DNA of 64,000 nucleotides from Batkoa obscura (taxonomy: Eukaryota). The stretch covers positions 62,001-126,000 of the forward strand of contig JASVEC010000003.1 of NCBI GenBank assembly GCA_030770535.1, given 5' to 3'. The first letter of the stretch is position 1. Each line of letters opens with the position of its first letter. Below are positions 18,995-32,471 of this stretch, in pieces. The notes beneath the pieces were generated by a model that saw only the letters and a list, made by a program, of their open reading frames with translations, searched no databases and was not told the origin of the DNA. The translations under genes and the position numbers were made by a program.

Positions 18995-19704
18995 ATTATA
19001 GAAGATGGGTAATAATTTTTTCCAACAATTACTTTTTTTTTTTGCTAGTTCTGTGAACTTTGCTTTTTATATTAAAATTATAACTTTTGTGCCATTAATT
19101 TATCAAAAGTTTTGCTAATTTCATATTAAAATTAATCAATCATTCAAGTACCCTTTTTTTACTTTTTTTATAACAATTACTCGCCCTTCATATGAGATTT
19201 CGATGTTTGTATTAGTATTAGTTGCTCATGTATTATTAAAATAAATAAATGCTTTTTAATTGTTAGTATTTGATTTTAAGTTTTAATTGATAGTTTAGTA
19301 TGATTTTTATATATGATTATAAAAAATATAGAATTCAATAGATAAATTATTTTATTTTGAATAGTCATTAAGAAATACAAAGTATACATAAAAAAGTAAA
19401 TTAAATGTAGAAAGGAATTTGAGATACACTTTTAATGTTTATCTTTAAAACTACTTCTTTTATATCTCCTTAAATTCAATTTATTCGTTTTAATTATGTT
19501 AATAAAAAATAGGATAAATCACTTATATTTATTCAATGATTTTGATGTAAATTTATTATCCCCTTTTTTTTAAAACATTATTCATATTGTATTAAATTAA
19601 GTTTCAAAAAAAATATTTCAAAATTTAATTTTCACTAAATTATAATCAAAATAAGTTCATTTACAAAACTACGATCTTTACAAACTATTAAAAATACACT
19701 GAAA

Positions 19705-21084
19705 ATGGCTAAAATAAAAATGATAGGTAACACATAGATAATAAAATCGAAGCCATAACTCAACTTTGATATTTTTACATAGATATTGGTGTCAACTTAA
19801 CCGACCCAATGTTTCAAGGTATTTATCGTGATAAAAAATATCATGAAGGTAAATTAAATCCCCTTCTCTTCACCACATAAAACCTTTAACTTCATTTTAG
19901 CCGATATTGATAGCGTATTACAACGTGCACAAGGTGTGGGGGTTGAAAAAATTATAGTGACAGGAACGAATTTAGTAGAAAGTCAATCGGCATTAGAATA
20001 TGTACGTTCTTATCAACAATGTAATTTATATTCTACAGTTGGGGTCCATCCCACCCGTTGTACCGATTTTGAATCAGTGAATCCCGATTATTATGAATTA
20101 CAATTAAAAAAATTAATTTTGGAAAATAAAGATAAAGTGGTAGCTATTGGGGAGTGTGGGTTAGGTAAGTGAGTTTTAATAATGTAAGTATAAAAGTTGA
20201 TGGTTATTTTATTAGATTATGCTCGATTGCAATTTTGTCCAAGGGAAGTACAAAGAAAGTAAATATTATTAAATTAATATTTATTTAGTTTTTAATATTT
20301 ATTTATTATTATCTTATAGATATTTTGAACGTCAATTAATAATGGCTAAAGAAATTGGGTTACCTTTATTTTTTCATAATCGAGATACAAAAGGGGAGTT
20401 TTTACAAATGGTTACGGAACATCGAGATAAATTTAGTACTGGGGTTGTTCATTCTTATGATGGTACTTTAGAAGAAGCTTTGGCTTTAATTCAATTAGGT
20501 TTATATATTGGTATTAATGGATGGTAATTATTTATTTTTATTAATATATAATGTTATATTAATATTAATATTAATATTAATATTATTATTCTTTTATTGT
20601 TTAGTTCCTTAAAAACAGATGCTAATATACAAGTAGTCTCCAAAATTCCATTAAATAAAATTATGATTGAAACAGGTAAATTCTAGTATAATAGAAATCT
20701 ATTTATCAGATATTAATAATAATAAATTGATTTCTTCAGATGCTCCTTGGTGTGAAATCCGTGGAACAAGTCCAAGTTATCCCATCTTATTAAAATCAAT
20801 AATGGAAAATCCAACACATCAACCAAGTACACCTTATTCTATTCATAAAAAAGAAAAATTTGTTAAAGGATCTCAAGTTAAATTTCGTAATGAACCTTGT
20901 TGTGTTTAGTAAGTTGATATTCTATCTTTGAATATTTCTTTATAAATTATTAATAATTGATTTTTTTAGTTATATTTTACATATTTTGTCCCAATTGCAT
21001 CATACCCCCATAGAGCAGGTGGCTGAAATTATTTATAATACAACTGAAGACATTTTCTTTAAAAGTAATTTAAATTTAAAATAA
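19705..21084 (+). CDS. TatD-family DNase (TATDN1-like), multi-exon
   Basis: DIGVNLTDPMFQG, STVGVHPTRC, VAIGECGLD, LPLFFHNR, GVVHSYDG, MIET|DAPWCEIR and RNEPC motifs. Confidence 0.92.
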
Positions 21085-21366
21085 AATTTAGAATTGTTGA
21101 GAATAGAATTTAGTATAATATAATTTCAATTATTTAAAATAATTTTCAGCTTAATTTTTTAAAGTAATAATACACCTATCTTTAATTAAAAATAAGAGTT
21201 TGAATTTATTAAACGATTATTCAACTAAAATTTCATTGAAAATTGATCATAAATGTTTGATTAAAAATGATACTACATCTTAAATTTATATATATTATTA
21301 AAATAATGATAAAATTTCATTGATATTTATTAACTTTGGAATCCAATAGTCTTAAATTTCATCTAT

Positions 21367-22681
21367 TTATTTATTAGAAGGTCTATAAAAAATACTATCA
21401 ATATTTTTTATCAAAACTTATACAAAAAAACACTTACTGAGACCAATCCACTCTTAAAATAAGATTATCATAACCATGACCATCCAAAGCAGCACGTGCT
21501 TTTTCAGCATCTGATTTATCATAATAAGAAACAAATGCGAATCCTTTACAACGACCAGTTTCATGATCTTTAGCAAGATAAACACGTTGAATATTTCCAA
21601 ATTTACGGAATAGTTCATTAACATCTCCTTCTCTTGTATCTTCAGATAAATTTGTAACTCTAAGAGAAGCAGAATCATCTAAAGTTGAAAAAAACGAGTA
21701 ATTAATATTCAGTTTGGTTATGATTGCATACAATAATACAACTTACCTCTTTTATCACGAAGAGATTCACCCACTGGAGCATCCCCACCACTACGACGTA
21801 AATGAGGTGCCATGTATCTATTACCTGATGGAGTATCACCTATTAATTAAAAAAAAGGGGTTAATAAAAGCCCAAAACAAATAATAAAAATTTCTATTAT
21901 ATTGTTTTCTTTTCAACTTACCAGTTTTAGATTCGGCGGCTTTGGAAGCAACCGTTAACTCATCCATTGGTTGAAGGGTATCTTTATATGGACATTTACT
22001 AGTAAAATGATCGCCTTTACAAATACGACATAAAATTTTTTTGCCTTTTAATTGTTCTTTTTGTTTGCTATCATCATCTTCTTCATTGAAATTCTAAATT
22101 AATTGATATTGAAATTTGTTAATAGAAATAAAATTAAAAAAATTACTTGATTCATGGATAATTTTAAAAATATTTGTTCTCCTACACTAGTCGTTTGTAA
22201 ATTGGGGCCTGGGGCACTACCCTTTTCATCACCAAACTTTTCCCACTTCTAATTAGTTATGATCAAGTGTTAATATTCCCTTTTTTTATTATAAATAAAT
22301 AAATAAATAAATTTACTTTTCTTTGTGCTACCGCTTTATTAACTTGTTCTTTTTTTAATGTTAACTTGATTTTTCTAGTGACCTAAATTAGGATTAATTA
22401 TTTTTTTTTTAAATCTTATTTTTAGTTATTATATACTTTAATTTTTTTTCCATCATCACTATCTTTATATTCAATAAATACTTTTAACCCATTTTCATCT
22501 GTATAAGATTTAGGTGCATAACGATCTAATTTGTATAATAATTAAAAATAACTCCTTTTTTTTAAAAGTTATTTGTTAACTACCTAATTCTTCACCAACT
22601 TCATCCGCCCAGTTTGTACTACTTAAAGTGTTAATTTCATTCTTTTTAATTTTATTTATTTTACCTTAATTCAGCTGCCAT
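21367..22681 (-). CDS. TIF35: Translation initiation factor eIF3 subunit g
   Basis: NWADE, KWEKFG, zinc knuckle [24 protein letters not shown], and a C-terminal RRM ([10 protein letters not shown]...CKGFAFVSY...[11 protein letters not shown]); a short last exon QPSNK* is inferred. Confidence 0.93.
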
Positions 22682-22875
22682 ACTTTTTTACTTTTATTGT
22701 GATGAAAAACAAACTATTAATATTGGATAATAAGATTGACTTAAATTATATAATCTCCCATAATTAATTTTAATCCATTAAATGACAAAATCTGTAAACA
22801 GTGATGGAATTTGATCAAATACCAATCTTTAAAAAATCGTAAGAAATTCAAAATTTCTACTTTTGCATTGAAATA

Positions 22876-24664
22876 ATGAACTATCATCCTCCAAGAAATA
22901 TAGTAATTGATGGAAAAACATATTTTTCTAAAGAGTTATTAAACTCAAGGTAATTTTATATTTTATATTTTATATTTTATATTTTCATAATTTGTTATAC
23001 TCATTTATTTATTAGACTTTTTTTAAATATATATCAACAATTGTTAATTAAAGATAAACTGGAACCTGAAAGTTTAAAAGAAGAAATTATTAAGAATTTA
23101 GATCAATTATCATTAGGAATTGAAATTTATAATCAAAATATAGATGGTTCATTTTCAAATAATATAACAACTATTGAAATCAATAATATTATCTATGATG
23201 TATCTGAAGGGGAAAGGATATTAGTTCAAGAGATATCAAGCTATTTTAAATTAGAAACTAAACTTTGTTTTCAATTATTTAAATGTTTTTTAGGTTCTAG
23301 ATATTTTAAAGTAGAATGGGATCACTTATTTTTTTATTCCAAAATCAATAATAATAGAAAACAATCATTTAGTATTGCAACTGAATTTCAATCCTTAATG
23401 AATGCTTTTACTCAATTTTATTTTGAAGAGAGATTATTAAGTTATAATATATTAATAGAAATACTCAAAGCCAATTTAAATGAAAAAGATTCTTTTAATT
23501 CTTATGCAATGTTAATTTATAAACAGTTATTACCAGATGAAGCAAGTACAAAAAAATTAGTTCGAAGATTATTAAAACAAATCAATAATAATTTATGGAA
23601 TATAAAAATGGAATTAATTAATGAAATTCAATTACAAACTTTATTAGAATATAAAGTTATATTAGAAGTAGTATTTTTAATTATTGAAAATTCACAACAT
23701 TCTAAATGGTTTATTAATTTATTTCGTGGTTGGTATATTCAATCAAATCGTCCCTTTTCAACTATTCAATTATTCAATAAATTCAAGAATGAATTTAATA
23801 ATATAAAAACATTAGAATTAGCTATTTTAATTCAAATTCTTCAATTAAATAAATTAGTTCATGATGATATTGTTGAACTTAGTGATCCTATTTTTCAATC
23901 TAATGAATTAGCTGAGTTATTAAAAGCATTTAATGATATTCCAATTAAGAATTTGAATTCACCTGTATTGATGATTATTTCTATCTTTGGTAATCTTCAT
24001 AAAACTCAATTTTTAGATATTAATAATGAAGTAAGTAAATTAATTAATTGTAATATTAATAATTCAAAATCAGTTATTAATAATGAAAGTGTAATATTTT
24101 ATCAATATTATTATAATTTAGCTATTGAAAATGAATTTTTAGAGAAATTCAATTCAATTATGACTTCACCCATACTTAATCCCAATTCTATGTTAGCTAC
24201 ATTATTAAAAAAAACAATTCAACCCTTTTTACTTTCAATTTGTAATATTTATCCACATTTTATTTCCAATTATATAAATGATTATTCTAAAATGATTTCA
24301 AGATTATTTTATAATGAAATTGAATTATGTGATTTGTATTGGAAACAAGAATTTAATTATAAATCTCAACGCTTTTTTTTGGATTATTTTAAACGATTCT
24401 TTCCAACTTATTATAAACCCTTTTTAATTGTACTCAATTCCTTAATAGGTCCTTCTAAATATTCAGCTAATTCAATGGCTTATTATTTGGCCAAATTAGA
24501 TGTTGCTTGTATTCCATTTACACCTGAGTTATTAGATTCTACTTATCAATATTTATCTGATAATTATACTATTATTGAAACTAAACAAAATATTAGATTA
24601 TCAATTAATACAAAAAATCAAATAATTTTACCTAAATATTGTCGTGGGATTATTACAACAAAAG

Positions 24665-24738
<74 letters not shown>

Positions 24739-26613
24739 TGTTTAATTCATTGGTCATTAAATTATTCAGGTTGGTCTTATTTATTAGAATTTTTAAATGA
24801 AATTGGAATTAATTTCAATATTAATAATAATAATTCAACTGCTTTTGAGGATTTGATAGTACCAACATTAGGCTTAATTAAGCATATTACTACTTATTAT
24901 CCAAATAATTTTATCCAATTAGCTAATTCATTTTTAGAGGAAAATCAAAAAGAATATAATATAATATTTATTTTACAAAGTTATTTTTTAATTTATCAAA
25001 GATTTAAAGAAGATGAGAGTAAAGCAGTAATTGTTTTCAATAATATGTTAGATTTAATGAATCAATTGTTTTGTTATTATTCAAAAGATATTATCAATTT
25101 TATAATTGATAGAAAGGATTATTTTAATTATAATATCAATCAATTTAATAATATAAATAATAATAATATAAATCAATTTAATAATATAAATAATAATATT
25201 AATATTGATATTACTATTAGTTATTTAGAATTATTAAGTCAAATTCTATCTTATTTTATTCATGATATTTTACTTTCAGAATGTTTTAATAAGAAATCAA
25301 ACAATATTAATAATGATAATTATTTACAATTGAAATACAATATAAAACAATTTATTTATCCAATATTATCTACTTTATTATCAGATTTATTTTTAAACTT
25401 TTCAAATGAATATAATTATAATCCAAATTCATTTTATTCAATTATATCCAAATGTTTTAAACTTTATGAGATTATCTTTGACTTTGGTACTAATTTATAT
25501 AGAATCGAATTTAATGAATTATTAGATCATATTAGATTACAATTTTATAATAACAAAATTAATATTAGTTATTTAAAATTAATTATTCGTAATATTGAAT
25601 TAGTTATTGAAAAGAAAGAAGAATTTACTCTTAAAGGACAATATCAATATAGTTTAATTATGGAATCTAATTTAAAAGATAGTTTACAATTATTATATAA
25701 AATATTAATGAATAGAAATCATATGAAATTGAAATTTGGTGCTGAAATTGACGATATTTTTATGGAATTATTTACTCATTTAAATGTTAATCTTAATGAT
25801 TTAATATCAAATTTATTATTAGTTTTAATCAATTCATCCAATCTAAATATTTATGATATTACAACTAAAGTATTAATTGAAATATTTATATTATTAAATG
25901 AATTTCATGTAGAATTTAATATTACAACAATACTTTTATTAAATTTAGATAACTTAATTCAACGTATTTATTCTATATTAACTTCTAATATTATTAATTT
26001 AAATATTCAAAATCAAACATATAATTTATTATTTAATTTAGCAATTATTAATAATGATTTATTTTATAAATTATTTATTGGTGATTCAAATCAATCAAAT
26101 ATTAATCGTAATATTATTAATGATGAACCAAAAAAATATTCAATAATTAATTCTATTCAAAAAATCATAAATAAATTAAATAATTCAATGCAAAATCAAC
26201 AAAATCAATTAAATCTATTTTTAAGATTTTTAAATAATATTTGGTTTAATAGAAAACAATATCAAAAAGAAATTCAATTATTATTAAATAATAACGATAT
26301 TTGGACATTTTTATTAAAGGTTATTAATTTATTACAAAAAGAGAATAATAATAGTTTATCAATTTCTAGTTATTCATATTGTTATTCAATTGTTATTAAT
26401 GAACTCAAATATTTTAATGAATTGAATTTATTTAATAATTTTAATAATAATTCAACATTATTAAAACTTATTAAACAATTAATAATATTTGAACAATTTG
26501 ATAAGATATTAAAAGATATATTATTATTCTATGAAAAGAGTAATACTTTTTTATTATTGGAACAACAGTTTTTAAAATTAAATTTACCATTAAATTTAAT
26601 TAAAGTATTTTCA

Positions 26614-26656
<43 letters not shown>

Positions 26657-28749
26657 TGAAATTTACGTATGATATTCAAGCTATTAAAAATATATTAATA
26701 AATCAACAATTGATTGAAATAGATGAAATTAATTTAATTATTAATAATATTAAAATAATTAATGAGGAACATTTAGATAATTATTTAAATCAAAATTTAA
26801 TTAAAAATTTTAATCAATTTATTAAAATTATTATGAATAATAATAATAAATATTTTAATTCAATTGAAAAATTAAATTTAATTCAAAAATTAATTCAAAA
26901 ATCAAAATTAGTAATTAATCAAATTAATCAATTAAATAATAATTTTAATGAATTTAGTTTTATTAACTTATCTTTATTAATATTAAATTTATTAAATGGA
27001 TTAAATACAATCAATAATTTAGAATCTAACGATATTAATCTTATTTTTATAGAAATATTTCAATTAATTCAATTAAATTTAATATGGCGAAATCAAGGAA
27101 ATTTCAAAAATAATGAAGAAATTGAATTAATATTATTAAGTACTAAAAATTGGTATCAATGTATTATAATATTAAGTAATTATATTAAAGTAAATGGAAA
27201 ACAATTAATGAATCAAAATTTATTATCTGAAATATTTTTCAATTTAATAATTACTTTATTTTCAGATTATTTAAAATTATCAAAGATTCAAGAAAATAAG
27301 TTGGAAATTGAAAATTTCAATTTTATTAAAGGTAATTTAATAGAAGCTTTAACTTCTTTATTTTCAATAGCTTATACACAAGATTGGTTATCAAATTCAA
27401 TATTATTATTAAATAATTATCAAATTATCAATAATTATCAACAATTTAATTCCAACTCTGAATTAACATTTTATAATATAAAATATCAATTTAGTATTAA
27501 TAATTCAATGAAAGAAGCAAGTGAATTAATATTAATTACTTTATGTAATGATTTTTTTAATTATTTAACTAAAAATGAAAATGAATTAAGATTATTTGCA
27601 TATCAATTATTAAATTTGATTATTAAAATAATTCAATATTTTAATATATTTGAATTTTATACAAAGATCCAATTTATTGAACGATTTGAAGCAACAAATA
27701 TAATGAAATTTCAAAGAGATAATTTGGAAGATTTAGAAATTAATAGTATTAATACTATGATTTTATGTATTTATTTAACTATTGTTAGTGAACTTTATTT
27801 TAAAGATTTAATTGAAGAAAAGAAATTTAAATTGATTTTAAATAAGTGTAGAAATAATTTATTAAAAGAAAATTATACTTTTGAGACTAAAGTAACGAAA
27901 TTGAATATTATTCAAATTTATTGTTTAAATTTATTGGTTGATGGATATAGTTTATTGATTTTAAAAGGACAAATGAAGAGAGAAGGAGGATTAAAGAATA
28001 ATGAAAATGAAAATGAAAGTGAAAATGAAAATGAAAATATATTATCATTAGAATATAGTTATTTATGTAGTATAATTAATTCATTAATAAAATGGATAAT
28101 AAATGATAATATGAAAGAAGAATCTCAAAGTAATTTATTAGAAGTTTCTTTAATTCAAAATTATGATATGAGATTAATAAATTGTTCAGAAAATAAAATG
28201 AAAGAGTTTTTATTATTTAATATACTATTGGAAAGTTTGAAAGTAGTGGAGACTCATGCTAAAATTTATGGTTATGGTTATAGTAATTATCAAGAAAATC
28301 AATTTAAAAGTTGGAAATTTCAAAAGGAAGAAATGACAATTAATAATAATAATAATAATAATAAATCAATATTAAATTATTATTTATTATTAGATTTAAT
28401 AATAGTATTAAATAAAACAATAACAATTCAATTTAATCAAAATAATATCAACTTAAATCAACAACAAGAAGATATTACACAATTCAATTCCAGTCAAAAG
28501 TTGATTTATAATCAAATTAATATCATCAATATAATTAATAAAATTATTATTAAAGAATATCAAAATTATATGAAATTAATGAAAAATCAAGAAGATTATG
28601 AAGCGTTTATTTTAATTAAAAAAATGCAAAAAGAAATGGAAATGGTCAATGAAATTATTAATACAACATTTAATAGATTAAGAGAAAATTATCAAGGACC
28701 AAAAGAAGTATTAAAATTGGTATTAGAAACTTTGGAACAATTAAAATAA
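22876..28749 (+). CDS. NUP188: Nucleoporin Nup188-like
   Basis: About 1900-aa helical protein with FYFEERL, RFFPTYYKPFLIVLNSL and ILPKYCRGII...IHWSLNYSGWSYL segments resembling the Nup188 N-terminal domain; short first exon at 22876. Confidence 0.72.
24667..24738 (+). repeat. (AAT)n microsatellite encoding poly-Asn
   Basis: Pure AAT run in frame within the Nup188-like ORF. Confidence 0.95.
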
Positions 28750-29523
28750 GTGAATCGGATGATAAAGAAGATAAGAATTAAATTTTAAATATGAAATTAA
28801 AGCTATTGAGTTTTATTTTTTTTTAATATTTTTAATTTATTTTGTAGTTGATTTATTAGTTGATATTAAATTTCTATTAAAAGATTAAATTTATTGACAC
28901 AAGTTAATAACTCATTAATACAAAACAAAGAATAAATAGAATTGAAATAAATAGATTTGGATGATTAAGAGATTTTATTAAATTCAATAAAAATATTAAT
29001 AAAAAAGTGTTTTAAATGTTATTGAAATAATAATATAAATTCAAAGTACCAAATATCAAACTATTTTTATAAGTATTTTTAAACTAGTATAATTTTTCTT
29101 TAAAAAAAGAAAATAAGACAAGGATATTAATAAATATAGTTGAAAATAATATGATTTTTATTTGTTTTAATTCCTGCATTAATTATATTAAAAATATTGG
29201 TTTATATGGGAAAGTTTATTACTTTTTAATATAAAAGTTAAATAAATATAAAACCACCTTTAACTGTAACCCTATATTAACCTAGTTTAATCTTGTTTAA
29301 TTATTGTATTTTAAAAACTATAAATTCTAACTTTAACTATTTTTAACTTAAACTTTTAATTTTAATTTTAATTTTAATTTTAATTTTAATAATAATAATA
29401 GAAATTTTATTTATTAAATTAAAATAAATCAAAGCAAATCAAAGTTATTAAATTTATTACTTTTTAATTAATTAATTAATTTACTATAAAATATCATTTT
29501 ATCAGCTTTATAATTATCTATAT

Positions 29524-29622
29524 GGGGATGTATTTTTGTGTTTAACAATTTTACTAACAATTTTTCTGCTCAAATAACGCTTAAAAGATAGAAAAAGTAA
29601 TAAAGCCAAAAAAAACACCCTC
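29524..29622. mobile_element. MITE family copy (followed by a truncated second copy)
   Basis: ATAT-GGGGATGTATTTTT...AAAAACACCCTC-ATAT. Confidence 0.8.
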
Positions 29623-29789
29623 ATATATGGCGATGTATTTTTTTGTTTACAAAACTAGTTTCAATCTTGTAATTAATTTAACTGTAATTTATATAGTACA
29701 ATCAATTCAGAGTTTTTTATTTCAATGTCTATATTTAGCAATCACAATAAGGAATTATAACTATTATTATGTTTTTTATATACAGTCAC

Positions 29790-30334
29790 TGTGAAAGTTG
29801 GTACTCAATGGTAGGAGTCAAAAGCAGTTCTAGCTTAATTAACTGACTGTAAGTCGAAAGGTCTTAGTTTATGTAACTAAGATAGACTTAAATTAATAGG
29901 AATATTACGCAATAAGCTGTGGACTATGTAAAATAAATAGAATAGAAAATGCTACTGTAAAATCTACGCAAAATACTATAAGACTTAGTGGCTTTATTAA
30001 AGGTACGATATCAGGGAATAATTCAATTAAAAAACCTCGAGTTGTTATGTTGAAGAATCTCTGTTATACTCCAACTGGGTGGCTATATATAGGGAACATG
30101 ATAACAGTTATTCCTTATTATGGTTGCCAAGTATGGACATTAAAACGTGGACGATAAGTTATTCATGGTTAGATGGTAGAAATTCTCACAGCAAATCTAT
30201 ATAAGAAACTTTGGATTGATTATATCACATAAATCACGGTCAAATTAAATACAAGGCTACAGCTAGTTTTGTAAACAAGTTAAGTGATTATTATGTGATA
30301 ATCAATTATAGAGCTAATGAAGCAATATTTCACA
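29790..30334 (+). mobile_element. Solo-LTR-like element (type I tail)
   Basis: TGTGAAAG...TATTTCACA termini; flanks TCAC/CCAC (4-bp TSD with one transition); homologous to four other copies in the window. Confidence 0.75.
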
Positions 30335-30507
30335 CCACCTAATTAAAATATAGAATATTTTCTTTAACATAATAATTCAAGGCCTTCTAATTAAATTATT
30401 TCCTGATATTGTATTTTTAATAAAGTTGTTAAATTTTATAGTATTTTATATAAATTTTACAGTTATATTTTATAAAAATAACTAAAAATTTAAAAGTTTT
30501 AATATTT

Positions 30508-30971
30508 AATGAAATATTGCTTTATCAGCTCTCGGATTGATTATAACATAATCAATCATTTAAGTTGTTTGTTCTCAAGTTCAAGCACAATCAAGTCAGA
30601 GTCCCTTATTTTGATTTGTTACAAGAATTTCTAACTTTATACTGCAAACGATAATATCCTCTCGTTTTGATATCCATACTTGTTGGAGTATAAAAGAGAT
30701 TCTTCAACATGATAACTCAAAGCTTTTTAACTGAATTGCTCCCTGATAACGTACCATTAATAAAGCCACCAAGTCTTTCTGACAATATCTTACGTAGATT
30801 TTACGGTAGTATCTTCTATTCTATTTATTTTACATAGTCCATAGCTTATTGCGTAATATTCCTATTAATTTAAGTCTATCTTAGTTACATAAACTAAGAC
30901 CTTTCGACTTACAGTCAGTTAATTAAGCTAGAACTGCTTTTGACTCCTACCATTGAGTACCAACTTTCACA
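30508..30971 (-). mobile_element. Solo-LTR-like element (type II tail)
   Basis: Reverse complement begins TGTGAAAGTTGGTACTCAATGG and ends ...GCAATATTTCA. Confidence 0.75.
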
Positions 30972-31779
30972 GTAGCTAAATTAATAATTAAAAAACAAAT
31001 GATTACAATAATGAATAAAAACTATTATTATATTGCTCATATTATATAAAAATAATTAATTATAGTTTTAAAGCTAACTACTCTTTTTTATGCAGCTGTT
31101 TATCAATTCAATAATATATTAATAAGGTAATTATAATATTAAAATAGTTTGTTCGTTTATTTGTTTGATAGCAAATTTTTAATATTGGGTATAAAGCAAT
31201 TAGTAATAAATATCTTTTAATAAAGTTTTATAAAAATATATATTTATTTATATGTTACAACTTTGATTAATATTAATATATATATTATATTAGTAAAAAC
31301 CTTGCTAATCTAGGGATTTTTATTAAATATAATAAAAATTCTGCTTAATTTATAATATAAGTTATAATAAAATAATTTAAAACCCTGTTAAGTATTTTTG
31401 CTTTTTGATAAAAAACTTGTTTTTATAAAATTTTAAACAAAGTTTTTAAAATTTAAAATATTTAATTAAGTAAAAAAATAAAACTAATTTAAACATTCTT
31501 ATGTATAAAACTTAAAAGAAATTGAAATTTCCAAGTTTAAAAATTAAGTGTTATAGGATTTTATTTTAGCTGATTGATAATATAACTTCCTAATTTAATA
31601 TTTTATATTATTTGTTAAAAATCTAAATTAAGAGATTTTAAGTTTATATTGTATTTAAACTTTTAACAGAATTTCAGTTTATATAATAGACTGAATTTTA
31701 AATTTCATATTCAAAATTGAGTTTAATTGCAAAATTATCAAATTAAAAAAGAGACCAATTAACTAAAAACAAGCTATTT

Positions 31780-32187
31780 TAAAAATAAAAACATCAGTTG
31801 ATATTTAGAATCATTAGCTGCATTTAAGTTACCCAATTAAAAAGTAGCATATGGTGATGTTTTTTTGGCTTCATTACTTTTTCCATTTTTTAAGCGCTAC
31901 TTGAGTAGAAAGATTATTGTAAAATTCTTAAAAAAATACATCCTCATATAACTAATTTATTAGCCTTACCTAGTTAAATTATATTTTAACCAGATAAGGC
32001 TAATAAATTAGTTATATGAGGATGTATTTTTTTATTTAAGAATTTTACAATAATCTTTCTACTCAAGTAGCGCTTAAAAAATGGAAAAAGTAATGAAGCC
32101 AAAAAAACATCACCATATGCTACTTTTTAATTGGGTAACTTAAATGCAGCTAATGATTCTAAATATCAACTGATGTTTTTATTTTTA
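31780..32187. repeat. ~408-bp near-perfect palindrome containing two MITE copies (31853-31945, 32018-32114)
   Basis: About 200-bp arms are reverse complements apart from one 4-nt indel and a few central mismatches; loop near 31979-31984. Confidence 0.92.
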
Positions 32188-32471
32188 CAACGGATTCAAA
32201 GCCAACCCCAATTAGTCGTAAAACCTGGTCATGTTTCAGGGCGATCACATAGTTTTGTGACCAAATGGATTTTAAATAAAAATTGAAATTGAAATTGAAA
32301 TTTTAGATTAAAGCAAAATTCAAAAAGTATAAAACGCAAGCGAAAGTAGTCAAATTGTTAATTTCAATTTTAAAAATCCATTTTAATTTTTTGACTTGAA
32401 TCCCTTTTTACTTTAACTTTATACCACCATCGCTTCAATTATATTGATTTCACTTCTATCTTCTAGTCACA

